Positions 1-10,801 of a stretch of DNA of 64,000 nucleotides are shown here, one piece after another. This DNA is from Candidatus Omnitrophota bacterium (GTDB lineage Bacteria > Omnitrophota > Gorgyraeia > Zapsychrales > Fredricksoniimonadaceae), in assembly GCA_903860135.1 (NCBI GenBank), contig CAIOPG010000009.1, positions 175,805 through 239,804 of the forward strand, written 5' to 3'. The notes under the pieces were generated by a model. The model searched no databases, was not told the DNA's origin, and worked only from the letters and a program-made list of their open reading frames with translations. Positions within the stretch are counted from its first letter, which is position 1, and every line of letters starts with the position of its first letter. A program made the position numbers and the translations under genes.

Positions 1-901
1 TGACCTTGACGCCCGCCGCGGCGCCCAATGCCGCCAGTCGCTCTCTTAATGATGTATTAGCGGCAACACCCCCACCCACAAGAAGCGTATTCCTCTTCCT
101 GGACCGGCAAGCCGCCATGCTCTTCTGTGCCAACACAGAAATAACACTTTCCTGAAAGGCCGCCGCCACTTTGGGGACCGAATATCCCGCTGTACCGACA
201 TGTTTACGTATATGATAAAGGACTGCCGTTTTGACACCGCTGAAACTGAAATCATCACTGCCCGCAAGCTCTGCCCGGGGAAATGTAAGGTCATTGGCCG
301 TAACCGTGCGCGCCAGCGAATCGATCACTGGCCCGCCAGGATAACCCAATTCAAGGATGCGTGCCACCTTGTCATAAGCCTCACCTGCCGCATCATCGCG
401 TGTTTTCCCGATCACACGAAAATGCCTGAAATCCTTGATCGAAAAAAGGCTCGAATGGCCGCCGGAAACAACAAGGCCTATGGCCGGCAGAGAAAGCTCC
501 TGGTAGATCTCTGCCAACCGTGACGAACCGCGCTCCACCAGATAATTGGCATAGATATGCGCATGAATATGATTGACATGGATCAGCGGCTTCTTCAAGG
601 CATACGCCAACGCGCCGGCAAACGTGATCCCCACCAAAAGCGACCCGATCAATCCCGGCGTCTGTGTGACGGCAATAGCATCAACATCCTGCATGCGAAG
701 GCCGGCATCTTCTACGGCTTTGGCGGTCACAATATTAATGTATTCCAGCTGACGGCGCGATGCAATTTCGGGGATAATACCGCCGAACTTCTTGTGTTCC
801 CCCAGGCTTGTGGCCACAACATTGGAAAGGACTTCGCGTCCATCACGGACAATGGCCGCCGATGTTTCATCACACGATGTTTCAATGCCAAGGATGTTCA
901 T
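1..901 (-). CDS. tsaD: tRNA N6-adenosine threonylcarbamoyltransferase TsaD (Kae1/Gcp family), N-terminal ~300 aa; C-terminus runs off the window
   Basis: Own translation of the reverse complement from ATG at 899-901: MNILGIETSCDETSAAIVRDGREVLSNVVATSLGEHKKFGGIIPEIASRRQ..GLVVSGGHSS., the hallmark TsaD N-terminus and HxH motif region. Not in the ORF track because no in-window stop. Start ATG overlaps the TGA stop of the upstream gene (ATGA). Confidence 0.85.
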   Translation of the reverse strand, partial: MNILGIETSCDETSAAIVRDGREVLSNVVATSLGEHKKFGGIIPEIASRRQLEYINIVTAKAVEDAGLRMQDVDAIAVTQTPGLIGSLLVGITFAGALAYALKKPLIHVNHIHAHIYANYLVERGSSRLAEIYQELSLPAIGLVVSGGHSSLFSIKDFRHFRVIGKTRDDAAGEAYDKVARILELGYPGGPVIDSLARTVTANDLTFPRAELAGSDDFSFSGVKTAVLYHIRKHVGTAGYSVPKVAAAFQESVISVLAQKSMAACRSRKRNTLLVGGGVAANTSLRERLAALGAAAGVKV

Positions 902-1782
902 GGATGATTGGCCTGAATAAAATCCCTGACACGCATGAACACATAACCCTGGGCCTTTAATTTACGGATCTGCTCCGTAAGGATCTGCATGGTCAACTCC
1001 CGGTCATGCCCGATGATCACCACCGAGCCATTGTCTTTGGCGATCTTCGCCGCAAGGGCAAATTGATGTTCGATGGATGCGCGCTCGTTACGATTATCCA
1101 GGAACACATTCCGCCGCGCGAAAAGAACACCGACCCGCGACGCGACCGGCGCACACACACTCTTGCTGCTGGTCAAGCTGTCCACAAAGAAAAGCCCGCG
1201 TCGCTTCAACTCGGTCAGGACGGTTGTCATCAGGGCAACACTTTCCGTCCCCCGGGAGCCTTCATGGTTATTAACGCCGACGATCCCCTGGAATTCATTT
1301 AAAACCTTCGTGAGCAACCGATGGACTTCTTTTTGCGACATTTCTGTTGTTAACATATACCCGCGGGGATACTTCTCGCGTACAACAGAAGGCTCGACGG
1401 GAAGATGCAGCATGGCATCCTGCCCGGCATCACGGGCACACTGAAGAACATCGCGGGAATACGGAAGATCCGGCATGATCGCCGGCGTGACCGGTGCGTC
1501 AAAATCAGACAGATATTGGCAATGACTACGGTTGTACCCCCAGTCATCGAGAATAACAGTGATCCTTCCCGTTACACCCTCACGGACAACAGGCATCACA
1601 ACAGGTTTTAGCGGTTGAGGGGAAGGTTTAGCCTTGGGCGGACGTGTTTGAACCGGCCGCGAAGAAGGCACCTGGCGACGAAAAAACAAAAAATACCCCT
1701 GGATGCATAACAAAGCCCCCATCACCCATACAAGCACCACAAGCCATGATGCCGGATTCTTGCCCTTGCCTGGTGGTACCAT
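898..1782 (-). CDS. Divergent polysaccharide deacetylase family protein (YibQ-like), N-terminal TM anchor
   Basis: 294 aa. Hydrophobic N-terminus, Pro-rich linker, then GRITVILDDWGY..ALMTTVLTELKRRGLFFVDS..VVIIGHD pattern typical of YibQ/PF04748-like deacetylase fold. Confidence 0.55.
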   Translation of the reverse strand: MVPPGKGKNPASWLVVLVWVMGALLCIQGYFLFFRRQVPSSRPVQTRPPKAKPSPQPLKPVVMPVVREGVTGRITVILDDWGYNRSHCQYLSDFDAPVTPAIMPDLPYSRDVLQCARDAGQDAMLHLPVEPSVVREKYPRGYMLTTEMSQKEVHRLLTKVLNEFQGIVGVNNHEGSRGTESVALMTTVLTELKRRGLFFVDSLTSSKSVCAPVASRVGVLFARRNVFLDNRNERASIEHQFALAAKIAKDNGSVVIIGHDRELTMQILTEQIRKLKAQGYVFMRVRDFIQANHP

Positions 1783-1788
1783 ACATCA

Positions 1789-3216
1789 TCAATTCTCGGT
1801 AGACGTCAATTTCTTGTAAACACGGATCCCCTTGATCACGCTGATCGCGCTCTGGATCTGGTTGTCATTCTTCATCTGCTGATTCATTTCTTTCTCACGC
1901 CTGCGCTTCTCGATGGCGTTGGGATCATTAGCATCATCAGGTGCCAAAGCATCAAATATCTTGTTAACAGAATCTTCTTTTTGCAGTGTTTTGAGTGCTT
2001 TTGACTTAACGCCATCGGCATCATCTGAATTTTCTTCCGGTTGAACGATCCGTTCAACAACAATATCCGGCGTGATGCCAATTTCATGGATACACACACC
2101 TGAAGGTGTAAAATACTTGCTGGTCGTCAACCGTAACCCTGATCCGTCAGGCAAAGGAATCACGGACTGAACAGAACCTTTCCCGAAAGATTTTGATCCG
2201 AGCGTTACCGCGCGCTTGTTATCTTTAAGGGCCCCTGCCAGTATCTCACTGCCCGAAGCACTGCCCTCGTTGATCATGATAACAATAGGCCAGTCGGAAA
2301 ATTCATGGCTGGTATTGTGCGAAACACTGACTGTATTTTGAGTTGCATCACGGCCTCGAACGGAAACGATCGTCTTGCCATCCGGAAGAAATATTTCACT
2401 AATACGGATAGCCACACTCAGGAGACCACCGGGATTATTACGGACATCGAGGACAAGCGCGGTAGCACCCTGCTCCTTCAATTTTCTAAGCTCCTTCAAC
2501 ATTTGCTCGGTAGATTCTTCACGGAACTCAACAAGGCGTAAATAAGCGATGTTATCGCTAATGATGTGAGGATCCCTGATATCTTGGATATGTATAATCT
2601 CGCGTGTAATATCGTATTCATGGATCTTGAACTCAGATTCACGCATGATGGTGATATGAACCTTGGTGCCCGGATTACCGCGCAACTTCTTGACCGCCTG
2701 GCTGATCGTAATGTCCCGGGTCGTATCCTTCTCTATCTTGACAATGCGGTCACCGGCCTTGATACCGGCTTTCCATGCCGGCGTGCCTTCAATGGGCGTA
2801 ATAACCGTCAACAGATTATCCCGGATCGCTATTTCAATACCCAACCCTCCGAATTTCCCTTCGGTGTCAGACTTCAATTCTTCGTATTCTTCGGGCGAAA
2901 GAAACTGGCTATGCGGGTCAAGCGCCCCCAGCATACCTGTCAAGGCCCCGTAAATCACTTCTTTGGGCTTCTTTTCATCCACATACTCACTCATGATCTT
3001 GGTGAGCGCATAACTGAAAAGTTCAACCTGTGAATAAAGATCCTCTGGTGATTTCGGCGCAAACTCTTTCTTAACCGGCGCGACAACCGCATTCACCGAT
3101 ACAGGAGAAAAACTGGAGTCTTCGTCCAGACTATTTACTGCCTGAGAATAAACCGGCACAGAAAAACCGGCGAAGCCCACAGCTACCATGATAATAAAGA
3201 AAATTTTTCTAACCAT
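1789..3216 (-). CDS. ctpA: C-terminal processing peptidase (S41A family, Ctp/Prc-like) with signal peptide and PDZ domain
   Basis: GLGIEI..GTPAWKAGIKAGDRIVKIE (PDZ), NPGGLLSVAIRISEIF, VIMINEGSASGSEILAGALKDNKRAVTLGSKSFGKGSVQ (S41 catalytic Ser/Lys region). Start moved to internal ATG (3214-3216, [15 protein letters not shown] signal peptide) 2 nt after the gatB stop; the ORF-track start at 3243 would overlap gatB by 35 nt. Confidence 0.85.
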   Translation of the reverse strand: MVRKIFFIIMVAVGFAGFSVPVYSQAVNSLDEDSSFSPVSVNAVVAPVKKEFAPKSPEDLYSQVELFSYALTKIMSEYVDEKKPKEVIYGALTGMLGALDPHSQFLSPEEYEELKSDTEGKFGGLGIEIAIRDNLLTVITPIEGTPAWKAGIKAGDRIVKIEKDTTRDITISQAVKKLRGNPGTKVHITIMRESEFKIHEYDITREIIHIQDIRDPHIISDNIAYLRLVEFREESTEQMLKELRKLKEQGATALVLDVRNNPGGLLSVAIRISEIFLPDGKTIVSVRGRDATQNTVSVSHNTSHEFSDWPIVIMINEGSASGSEILAGALKDNKRAVTLGSKSFGKGSVQSVIPLPDGSGLRLTTSKYFTPSGVCIHEIGITPDIVVERIVQPEENSDDADGVKSKALKTLQKEDSVNKIFDALAPDDANDPNAIEKRRREKEMNQQMKNDNQIQSAISVIKGIRVYKKLTSTEN

Positions 3217-4645
3217 CCGCAAGCCTCCTGGCAATGATCTCATTGATCTTTTTGGGATTCGCTTTTCCCTGCATTTTCTTCATGGCTTGACCGACCAGAA
3301 AACCTGTAACCCCGGCCTTGCCTGCGCGAATTTCTTCAACGGCCTTGGGATTAGCCGCCAGTATCTCATCCACAGTATTGAAAAGAACGGCGTCATCAGA
3401 AACCTGCGCCAGTCCTTTAGCGTTGATGATGACGTCAGCGTCACCACCTCCCACAACCATTTCAGCCAATACTTCCTTGCCGGCAAGATTGCTGATCGTC
3501 CCGTCTTCAACACGGGCGATCAATTTAACGAGATTCTCCGCCGACAGGCTGATCCCCGAGAGCGAACAGTTACGGTCATTCAATTCCTTCATGACCGGTC
3601 CGTTGAGCCAGTTGGCCGCCTTCTTGGGGTCTGCGCCAGCACGGACACAGGCTTCGAAGAAATCAGCAAAGCCCTGATCCTGGATGAGGATGGCCGCATC
3701 ATAGTCGTTGACCGCATAATCGCGTTTGAAGCGCGCCTGCTTGGCCGCAGGAAGTTCCGGCAGATTGCGGCGGGCTTCATCAATCATGGCAGTTGAAAAA
3801 GTAAAAGGCACAAGGTCGGGATCGGGGAAATAACGGTAATCATGGGCATTCTCTTTGGAACGCATCGAGACGGTCCGTCCCTTGGCCTCATCCCATAAAA
3901 GAGTTTCCTGCGTGATCTTCCCGCCGCCAACAATGACTCCCTCATGCCGCGCCGCTTCAAACTCAACCGCACGCCTGAGCGCACTGAAAGAGTTCAGGTT
4001 CTTCAACTCTGTCTTAACGCCGAGCGTTGTTGCCCCCACGGGACGTATGGAAACATTCGCATCACAACGCAAACTGCCTTTTTCCATGTCGCAATCAGAA
4101 ACACCGAGATAGGAAAGGATCAGCTTGAGGGTCGTCAAATAATCATACGCTTCGAGCGCCGAACGCATATCCGGCTCGGAAACGATCTCGATCAACGGGG
4201 TCCCTGTGCGGTTATAATCTGCCAAGGAGTAATTGTTCGCATGGTCATGGATAAGCTTGCCGGCATCTTCCTCGATATGTGCCCGGGTGATACCCACACG
4301 CTTTTCTTTGCCACCGGAAATAAAAACGACCTCGCCTTTAGTCGCAATGGGAAGATCATACTGCGAGATCTGATACCCTTTGGGCAGATCAGGATAAAAA
4401 TAATTCTTACGGTCAAACTTGATGAACGTATTGATCTGGCAACCCAGCGCCAGGCCAACCTTCATGCCGTCCAGAAGGACCTGACGGTTCAAGACAGGCA
4501 GAGAGCCAGGCAAACCCAGGCAAACCGGGCAAACATGACTATTGGCTGTACCGCCAAAGACATTGGGGCAAGAACAAAATATTTTTGTTTTGGTCTTAAG
4601 CTGGAGATGGACCTCAAGCCCGATCACTGTTTCAAAAGTGCTCAT
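3209..4645 (-). CDS. gatB: Asp-tRNA(Asn)/Glu-tRNA(Gln) amidotransferase subunit B
   Basis: [49 protein letters not shown], the canonical GatB N-terminus; C-terminal GatB/YqeY domain. Confidence 0.95.
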   Translation of the reverse strand: MSTFETVIGLEVHLQLKTKTKIFCSCPNVFGGTANSHVCPVCLGLPGSLPVLNRQVLLDGMKVGLALGCQINTFIKFDRKNYFYPDLPKGYQISQYDLPIATKGEVVFISGGKEKRVGITRAHIEEDAGKLIHDHANNYSLADYNRTGTPLIEIVSEPDMRSALEAYDYLTTLKLILSYLGVSDCDMEKGSLRCDANVSIRPVGATTLGVKTELKNLNSFSALRRAVEFEAARHEGVIVGGGKITQETLLWDEAKGRTVSMRSKENAHDYRYFPDPDLVPFTFSTAMIDEARRNLPELPAAKQARFKRDYAVNDYDAAILIQDQGFADFFEACVRAGADPKKAANWLNGPVMKELNDRNCSLSGISLSAENLVKLIARVEDGTISNLAGKEVLAEMVVGGGDADVIINAKGLAQVSDDAVLFNTVDEILAANPKAVEEIRAGKAGVTGFLVGQAMKKMQGKANPKKINEIIARRLADG

Positions 4646-6069
4646 AGCACAGCCCTCGCCTCATGCCAGGGGGTCGCCTGCTCATAAGCGTAGGCGGCAC
4701 GCAGAAGTTTTTCTTCGGCGAAAGGTCCTGCCATCAACTGCAAGCCGATGGGCAGCTTCGCACGATCAAATCCGCAAGGGATCGAGATCGCCGGGATACC
4801 CGCCATATTGGCCGGTATGGTGAAAATATCAGAAAGGTACATGGAAACCGGATCATTCATTTTCTCGCCGATACCAAATGCCGTCGTCGGTGACGTCGGT
4901 GAAAGGATCACATCACACACACCAAAAGCCCGGTCAAAGTCCTGTTTGATCAATGTCCGGACCTTTTGCGCCCGTAAATAATAAGCGTCATAATATCCCG
5001 AAGAGAGCACATACGTCCCGAGCATGATACGCCGTTTCGCCTCGGGGCCAAAACCTTCCCCGCGCGTCTGCGCGTACATATCAATTAGACGCCCCTGCCG
5101 CGCAACCGCAGGGAATGAACGGCGCCCAAATTGAACCCCGTCGAACCGGGCCAGATTGGAGCTGGCTTCGGCTGTTGCCACAATGTAATACGTCGCCACG
5201 GCATATTCGGTGTGCGGCAAAGAAATATCGACGATTTCGGCTCCCTTGGCCTTAAAAACACGCACCGCCTCCTCAACAGCCGCCAAAACCTCCGGCTGTA
5301 TCCCCGGTATAAAATATTCACGCGGGATCCCGATCCTCAGCCCCTTCACCTCTGAGCCAAGGGCTTTCGTATAATCGGGCACAGAAACATTGATCGATGT
5401 GGAATCTTTAGGATCAAAGCCCGCAATAATATTCAACAGCATGGCGCAATCCCTGACATCCTTGGTCAAAGGGCCGATCTGATCGAGCGATGAACCAAAG
5501 GCGATCAGCCCATAACGTGACACACGCCCATAGGTCGGTTTCAAGCCAACCACACCGCAGAAAGATGCCGGTTGACGGATAGAGCCACCGGTGTCACTGC
5601 CCAAAGCCCATACGGCCTGCCCCGCCGCGACAGCCGCCGCCGAGCCACCCGATGACCCCCCAGGAACGCGCTGAAGATCCCAGGGATTTCTCGAAGGGCC
5701 ATAAGCTGATGTTTCACACGAAGAACCAAACGCAAATTCATCCATATTGGCACTGCCTACAATAACGCCGCCCGTGGCCTTTATTTTGGCCATGACCGTG
5801 GCATCGTAGGGCGGACGAAACCCCTCGAGTATCCTGGAGGCACATGTGACAAGATTCCCGTTAACGCAAATATTGTCTTTAACGGCCATCGGTAACGGGC
5901 ATATACCGCCGGTGGTCTGGATGGTATCGGCAAAACGGATATACGCTTGCGTCGACGGATTAACGGCCTTGGCGCGCGCCAAAACCACTGCGGTGATCCG
6001 GGCAGCTGAAAGACGCCCGTCGTTCAAACGATCCATCAACGCATGGGCTGTAAGCGAGAAAAGATTCAT
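4642..6069 (-). CDS. gatA: Glutamyl-tRNA(Gln) amidotransferase subunit A (amidase signature family)
   Basis: Amidase signature [14 protein letters not shown], conserved Ser-cisSer-Lys region. 4-nt overlap with gatB start. Confidence 0.95.
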   Translation of the reverse strand: MNLFSLTAHALMDRLNDGRLSAARITAVVLARAKAVNPSTQAYIRFADTIQTTGGICPLPMAVKDNICVNGNLVTCASRILEGFRPPYDATVMAKIKATGGVIVGSANMDEFAFGSSCETSAYGPSRNPWDLQRVPGGSSGGSAAAVAAGQAVWALGSDTGGSIRQPASFCGVVGLKPTYGRVSRYGLIAFGSSLDQIGPLTKDVRDCAMLLNIIAGFDPKDSTSINVSVPDYTKALGSEVKGLRIGIPREYFIPGIQPEVLAAVEEAVRVFKAKGAEIVDISLPHTEYAVATYYIVATAEASSNLARFDGVQFGRRSFPAVARQGRLIDMYAQTRGEGFGPEAKRRIMLGTYVLSSGYYDAYYLRAQKVRTLIKQDFDRAFGVCDVILSPTSPTTAFGIGEKMNDPVSMYLSDIFTIPANMAGIPAISIPCGFDRAKLPIGLQLMAGPFAEEKLLRAAYAYEQATPWHEARAVL

Positions 6070-6350
6070 TCCATGATCCTTGGGACTTTATAAGCATTAT
6101 CCTGATGTTCGATCGCAAAAGAGAAAGCTTCGGCGGCAGAAAGACCTGGCTCGGGCACATCCTCCCGCACCACATTCTCGACATTCAATACATGGCTCGT
6201 CGGCGTTACCGCCGAAACATCCAGCGAATCCAGCTTGGCCGCATAATGCAAGATAGCTTCCAGGTCCCCTGCCAGCTTGAGGGCTTCCACCTCATCGAGA
6301 TGAAGCCGCGCCAGGCCGCTGATATAATTGACTGTTTCAAGTGTGATCAT
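6066..6350 (-). CDS. gatC: Glu-tRNA(Gln) amidotransferase subunit C
   Basis: 94 aa, [32 protein letters not shown], a typical GatC. 4-nt overlap with gatA. The gatCAB order is conserved. Confidence 0.85.
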   Translation of the reverse strand: MITLETVNYISGLARLHLDEVEALKLAGDLEAILHYAAKLDSLDVSAVTPTSHVLNVENVVREDVPEPGLSAAEAFSFAIEHQDNAYKVPRIME

Positions 6351-6432
6351 GGCTTATCCCTTTAAAAAAGAAATGATTTTAACACCAGGCAAGATCAGGC
6401 ACAAGGAGAAACTCCAGGAAAGACGTATACGT

Positions 6433-8070
6433 TTAGTCCGCCGTAATCTGTATATCCTTGGGGATCGTAAAATGAAAAGCGGATCCCTTGCCCTCTTGCG
6501 CTACAACCCAGACTTTCCCGGCGTGATCCTCGACAACGCTCTTAACAATGCTCAAGCCGGCACCGGTCCCTTCAAACCTGCCAGAAGTATCCAGTCGTTT
6601 AAAAATATCAAAAACCTCTTCCAAGGAAGCATGCGGTATCCCGATCCCATTGTCTTTAACCACAAATTCATACACATCTTCGCGTTCGATGGCCTCGATA
6701 GCTATCTTCGGTGCAATGCCTTCCCGGCCTGAAGAAAACTTGATAGCATTGGTCATAAGATTCAGAAAAACTTCCTTGAGTTTGATGGGGTCGCACACCA
6801 TGACCGGCATCACTGCCGGCACCGCCAAGTCCACAGCGTTTTGTCTGATCTTGTAATCGAGCGTGGCCGTAACCTCATCGACCAATGACCGGACCGGTAT
6901 TTTTTGATATGGATTACGGATGCGGGAAATGCGCGTCAGTGCCAACAGGTCATTGATCAACACATTGGCCCGCTCAACGCCGCGACAAACACCATCGATG
7001 CTGTCCTGGCCTTTCTTGTCGATCTTATCGTAATGATGCGACTTAAGGAACTCCACATACCAGGCAATGCCCATGAGCGGCGAGCGGATATCGTGGCTGA
7101 CGGTGTGAACAAAGCGATCCAGCTCCAGATTCACTTTCTCAAGATCTCTCTTCTGCCGCGCGGTCAGATCAAGGTTTTCCTGTAAAACCTGGTGCTGTTC
7201 TTCAAGGCTTGTCCTGGCATCAGCAAGCTGAGCGGACATACGGTTAAATTCGCGGCTCAACTGGCCAAGCTCGTCTTGAGACAATTCATCAAGCTTTACG
7301 CATAAATTCCCTCCACCAATCTCATGTGTGGCCTTGAGGAGTTGCGCCAATGGACCCTGGATACCGCGGATAATAGAAATGCTGAGGGCCAGCCCCGCGA
7401 TGAGGCTCACAATGAACATAATCAACAGCACGCGCCCTGTGGTCTGTTCATAGCGGCTGGCTTTGGCCACCGATGCCTTAGTGAAATCCTGGACATCATC
7501 GAGCAGTTTCTTGAGTTCCCGCGCCAACTTGCTTTCATCCGTATGGATCTGATCGACCGCCTCGGCGGATATCTCGTAGGAACCTTCGTCAATGCTCCGA
7601 AAAATACCGACAGATACAGCATCATAATGAATATGCGCCTTTTCAATCTCCTTAAACAAATCACTCACATGGTCAAGGTTGTTGCGGGTGGTAACATCCT
7701 GCACCAGACGCAGGTCATCTTCCACCATGCGCTTGGCATTAACAATATCGATCGCACCTTCTTTGGCAAGACTTTCAAAATCATTCTTCGCCAATTTGAT
7801 ATGAAAAAGAAGATGTTCCTTGCGCGCCGGCGTGACTTGCTGGTAAGCCAATTCTTCAGCGATACGGCGCAATCGTTCAAAAATAACCGCTTTCTGGAGT
7901 TGACGCTTGGTGATGGCGGTCGAGGTCTGCAGGAGAACGACATCCTGATTAACAATAGCCCGCAGTTCACGGCTCACTCCTTTAAGAAAATGAAAACTGA
8001 TAACCCCGTTGACAGCAAAAAGCATCAGCAAGACGGCGATCAGCAGTATGATCTTGAATGATATTTTCAT
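6433..8070 (-). CDS. Sensor histidine kinase (two TM segments flanking a ~190-aa helical periplasmic domain, HAMP, HisKA, HATPase_c); no response regulator adjacent
   Basis: H-box HTVSHDIRSPLMGIAWYVEFL; N/G-boxes NLMTNAIKFS, VKDNGIGI, GTGAGLSIVKSVVEDHAG. Start set to ATG 8068-8070 (MKISFKIILLIAVLLMLFAV), which forms an ATGA overlap with the ksgA stop. Confidence 0.8.
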   Translation of the reverse strand: MKISFKIILLIAVLLMLFAVNGVISFHFLKGVSRELRAIVNQDVVLLQTSTAITKRQLQKAVIFERLRRIAEELAYQQVTPARKEHLLFHIKLAKNDFESLAKEGAIDIVNAKRMVEDDLRLVQDVTTRNNLDHVSDLFKEIEKAHIHYDAVSVGIFRSIDEGSYEISAEAVDQIHTDESKLARELKKLLDDVQDFTKASVAKASRYEQTTGRVLLIMFIVSLIAGLALSISIIRGIQGPLAQLLKATHEIGGGNLCVKLDELSQDELGQLSREFNRMSAQLADARTSLEEQHQVLQENLDLTARQKRDLEKVNLELDRFVHTVSHDIRSPLMGIAWYVEFLKSHHYDKIDKKGQDSIDGVCRGVERANVLINDLLALTRISRIRNPYQKIPVRSLVDEVTATLDYKIRQNAVDLAVPAVMPVMVCDPIKLKEVFLNLMTNAIKFSSGREGIAPKIAIEAIEREDVYEFVVKDNGIGIPHASLEEVFDIFKRLDTSGRFEGTGAGLSIVKSVVEDHAGKVWVVAQEGKGSAFHFTIPKDIQITAD

Positions 8071-8915
8071 ACAAGCTCCTCCGTTCCTTTCCATTCTCCG
8101 GCAGAGAACACCTCCTGCAACCCATTAGCGATCCTCGCATACTGAGCTACCGTCAGATCCCCGGCCCTCGCCTGGGGATCAACCCCCGCCACTTCAAACA
8201 GCAAACCAAGACGGTCTTTGGACGCAAAAACACCCAGGGAATTAAGAAGATTCTTGCGGCGCTGTTGAAATGCCGTCCGCACCACACGGACAAAATAAGC
8301 TTCGCTCCAGACCTCTTCAGCCGGCTTACCGCGGCGCAAATCCATGCGCATGAAACATGACGTGACCTTCGGTGACGGACGAAACGCGCCAGGACTGATC
8401 CGGAACAACATCTGCGGCTTGGCGAACATCTGCACAAAACAGGACAGCGAGGAATAGTCCTTCGTCCCGGGCACAGCCACAAGCCGCAGACCAAACTCAT
8501 ACTGAACCGTTATAAAAAGCGTCGTAAACATTGTCCTGTTCATGATCGCCCGCACAATGATCGGCGTTGAAATATTATAGGGAATATTGCCGAAAACCTT
8601 GACCGGCTGCGGTAAAAGCGCAAGATCGAATTTAAGGATATCCGCGTGATGCACGGTAATATTCCTTCGCGCGAAATCCGCCTCCATTCTGGCGGCCAGT
8701 ACACGATCAGCCTCAACCGCGATCACCGCTTTTACCCGCGGAAGGATCTCGCGCGTCAAAGCCCCTTGCCCCGGGCCGATCTCAAGTACGGTTTCATCCG
8801 ATGCAAAGTCACAGGCATCGACCACACGTCCAATGATCCTCTGATCGACCAGAAAATTCTGGCCAAGGGATCTTTTGGGAACAAAGATGGCAGGTGGGCG
8901 GCTGATAGGACTCAC
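8067..8915 (-). CDS. rsmA: 16S rRNA (adenine1518/1519-N6)-dimethyltransferase RsmA/KsgA
   Basis: KRSLGQNFLVDQRIIGRVVDA..VLEIGPGQGALTREIL (SAM motif). Start proposed at GTG 8913-8915, overlapping the pdxA TGA stop (GTGA). The 50-aa N-terminal extension in the ORF track overlaps pdxA and is probably untranslated. Confidence 0.8.
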   Translation of the reverse strand: MSPISRPPAIFVPKRSLGQNFLVDQRIIGRVVDACDFASDETVLEIGPGQGALTREILPRVKAVIAVEADRVLAARMEADFARRNITVHHADILKFDLALLPQPVKVFGNIPYNISTPIIVRAIMNRTMFTTLFITVQYEFGLRLVAVPGTKDYSSLSCFVQMFAKPQMLFRISPGAFRPSPKVTSCFMRMDLRRGKPAEEVWSEAYFVRVVRTAFQQRRKNLLNSLGVFASKDRLGLLFEVAGVDPQARAGDLTVAQYARIANGLQEVFSAGEWKGTEELV

Positions 8916-9865
8916 ACCAGTCCTGCGGCGAGCTTGATCGCCGCACGCATAGAGCCAGGATCCGCCAAGCCTTTGCCTGCAATACCAAAAGCCGTGCCAT
9001 GCGCCGGTGACGTGCGGATAAAAGGCAGACCTGCCGTCACATTGACCAGACGATCGAAATAACACGCTTTCAACGCCGGCAACGCCTGGTCGTGATACAT
9101 GGCAACGATCAGATCATACCCGGTGCTCAACCCCGGCTCAAAAAGGGTGTCCGCCGGCAACGGTCCAACCACATCCCACCCGGCTTTGCAGGCCTTCTTT
9201 ACCGCCGGCATGATCTGGGTGATCTCCTCACGCCCCATATGCCCGCCTTCTCCGGCATGCGGATTAAGACCACAAACCGCGATCCGAGGTCGCTGGATAT
9301 GGAAATGATCCCGGATAAAAGCTGACGCTGTCCCTACAACCGAAAGAACCTTTTCTGCCGTGATCAAATCAGGGATTTCTTTCAATGCCACATGCCGTGT
9401 CACAAGCACAACGCGCAACGCATCGGCGACAAAAAGCATCTCCACATCCTTGATGGCAAAAGCATCAGCCAGAAAAGTCGTATGTCCTTTAAACCCCGGA
9501 TAAAAAGGGATAACAGCTTCCTTCGACAAAGGGGCTGTCACAAGACCGTCAACCGCACCGGCCTTCAAAAGTTTCACCGCACATTCAAGATATAAAAGAG
9601 AATCACGACCCGATCCCGGCGTAGGACAACCCGGCTTGTGTGGCACCATACAACGGCTGTCCGCCAGATGAATGACGGACGGCAAAGGGATCTTGGAGGG
9701 CCAGTAGCGCGCCAGCAGCTCTTCATTGCCGATGACGATAAATTCCACCTTCCGGCAAGTGGCATCGCCCTTCAAACTGGCCAGCGCGGCGGCCGTTACT
9801 TCAGGGCCGATACCGCAAGGATCTCCGAGCGTTACCGCGATAACCTTATTTCTTGATTTCGACAT
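8912..9865 (-). CDS. pdxA: 4-hydroxythreonine-4-phosphate dehydrogenase
   Basis: MSKSRNKVIAVTLGDPCGIGPEV..NPHAGEGGHMGREE, PdxA family motifs. Confidence 0.9.
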   Translation of the reverse strand: MSKSRNKVIAVTLGDPCGIGPEVTAAALASLKGDATCRKVEFIVIGNEELLARYWPSKIPLPSVIHLADSRCMVPHKPGCPTPGSGRDSLLYLECAVKLLKAGAVDGLVTAPLSKEAVIPFYPGFKGHTTFLADAFAIKDVEMLFVADALRVVLVTRHVALKEIPDLITAEKVLSVVGTASAFIRDHFHIQRPRIAVCGLNPHAGEGGHMGREEITQIMPAVKKACKAGWDVVGPLPADTLFEPGLSTGYDLIVAMYHDQALPALKACYFDRLVNVTAGLPFIRTSPAHGTAFGIAGKGLADPGSMRAAIKLAAGLV

Positions 9866-10799
9866 ATGATTTCTTCCTCAAACTCTCCAGCCATAACGGA
9901 AACTTCTGCCTGAATTTTTCATCAAATAATAACTGGTATATCTCCTCCTTCACGATCTCAAACGCCGTTACGGTCCCCTCCGTCCTTCCTGCCAGCTTCA
10001 AGATATACAATCCTTCGGGGATCGCAACGATATCTGAAACATCTCCAGGCTTCATGGTATCAATGACAGACTTGAACTGGTCGTTGAGATTCCCCTCATC
10101 AACTTCACCGATGTCTGGTAATTCGGAATACACCTTGGCGACAGCTTGAAAATCCTCGCCAGACCGGACACGTTCAAGAGCCGCACGCATAACGGCATAT
10201 GGTTGTTCATCAGTCAATCCCCCCTTGACAGCGATAGCATTAAGGTAGACCCGCGCATGCTTACGGTAACGTTCAATATTATCATTATAATAATCAGTTA
10301 CTTCCCTGGGATTGACAGCGATCTTTTCGCGCACAGCGCGTGTCACGATATAACGCGCCTTAAACTGCTCCTCAATCTTTTTACGAATATCAGAAATGGT
10401 CACGCCTTCCTTGTTGATCGCGGACAAAAACTCCTGCGTCGACGTGTATTTTTTCTTGATCTCTGTCAGCCGGTCTTCGATCGCCTGCGGGCGTATCTGC
10501 ATGCCCTGCCTGTTGGCCTCGGCCAGGATAAGCCGGTCATCGACGAGTTGATCGACTCCCTTGGCTTCATACTGCTGCATGATCCCCTTTATTTCAGTAT
10601 CCGTACGCCCCTCAATGCGCAACTGGGCATATATACCACGCAAATAATCCTGTAAATCTTTGGCCGTGATAACATCGTCGTCAACGACCGCAATGATCGC
10701 ATCCTCAACCGCTAATGCAAAAGGCATTGGCCTCACCAGCAATGCCGCGCCCAAGAACAGTGTGATCAACAACAAACGCCAGCAACCATTCATCCGCAT
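9846..10799 (-). CDS. surA: SurA-like periplasmic chaperone / peptidyl-prolyl cis-trans isomerase (SurA N-domain + one parvulin domain), signal peptide
   Basis: Signal peptide; SurA_N-like helical region (IIAVVDDDVITAKDLQ); parvulin-like C-terminal region. The surA-pdxA-ksgA order matches the classical proteobacterial arrangement. Confidence 0.7.
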   Translation of the reverse strand: MRMNGCWRLLLITLFLGAALLVRPMPFALAVEDAIIAVVDDDVITAKDLQDYLRGIYAQLRIEGRTDTEIKGIMQQYEAKGVDQLVDDRLILAEANRQGMQIRPQAIEDRLTEIKKKYTSTQEFLSAINKEGVTISDIRKKIEEQFKARYIVTRAVREKIAVNPREVTDYYNDNIERYRKHARVYLNAIAVKGGLTDEQPYAVMRAALERVRSGEDFQAVAKVYSELPDIGEVDEGNLNDQFKSVIDTMKPGDVSDIVAIPEGLYILKLAGRTEGTVTAFEIVKEEIYQLLFDEKFRQKFPLWLESLRKKSYVEIKK

Positions 10800-10801
10800 C
10801 C

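Noticed and set aside
200-907. Plus-strand ORFs 200..523 and 557..907 (107 and 116 aa)
   Set aside because: They lie antisense to a clear tsaD coding region (MNILGIETSCDETS...) that fills 1-901 on the minus strand. They have no recognisable motifs and are typical shadow ORFs of a GC-rich gene.
3944-4687. Long antisense ORFs inside gatB/gatA (for example 3944..4687; also 52594..53382 in dapF, 20063..20929 in hisD, 55999..56862 in argG, 7324..8061 in the kinase)
   Set aside because: All are opposite strongly motif-supported genes and show Arg/His/Gln-rich shadow-frame composition. They are treated as non-coding.
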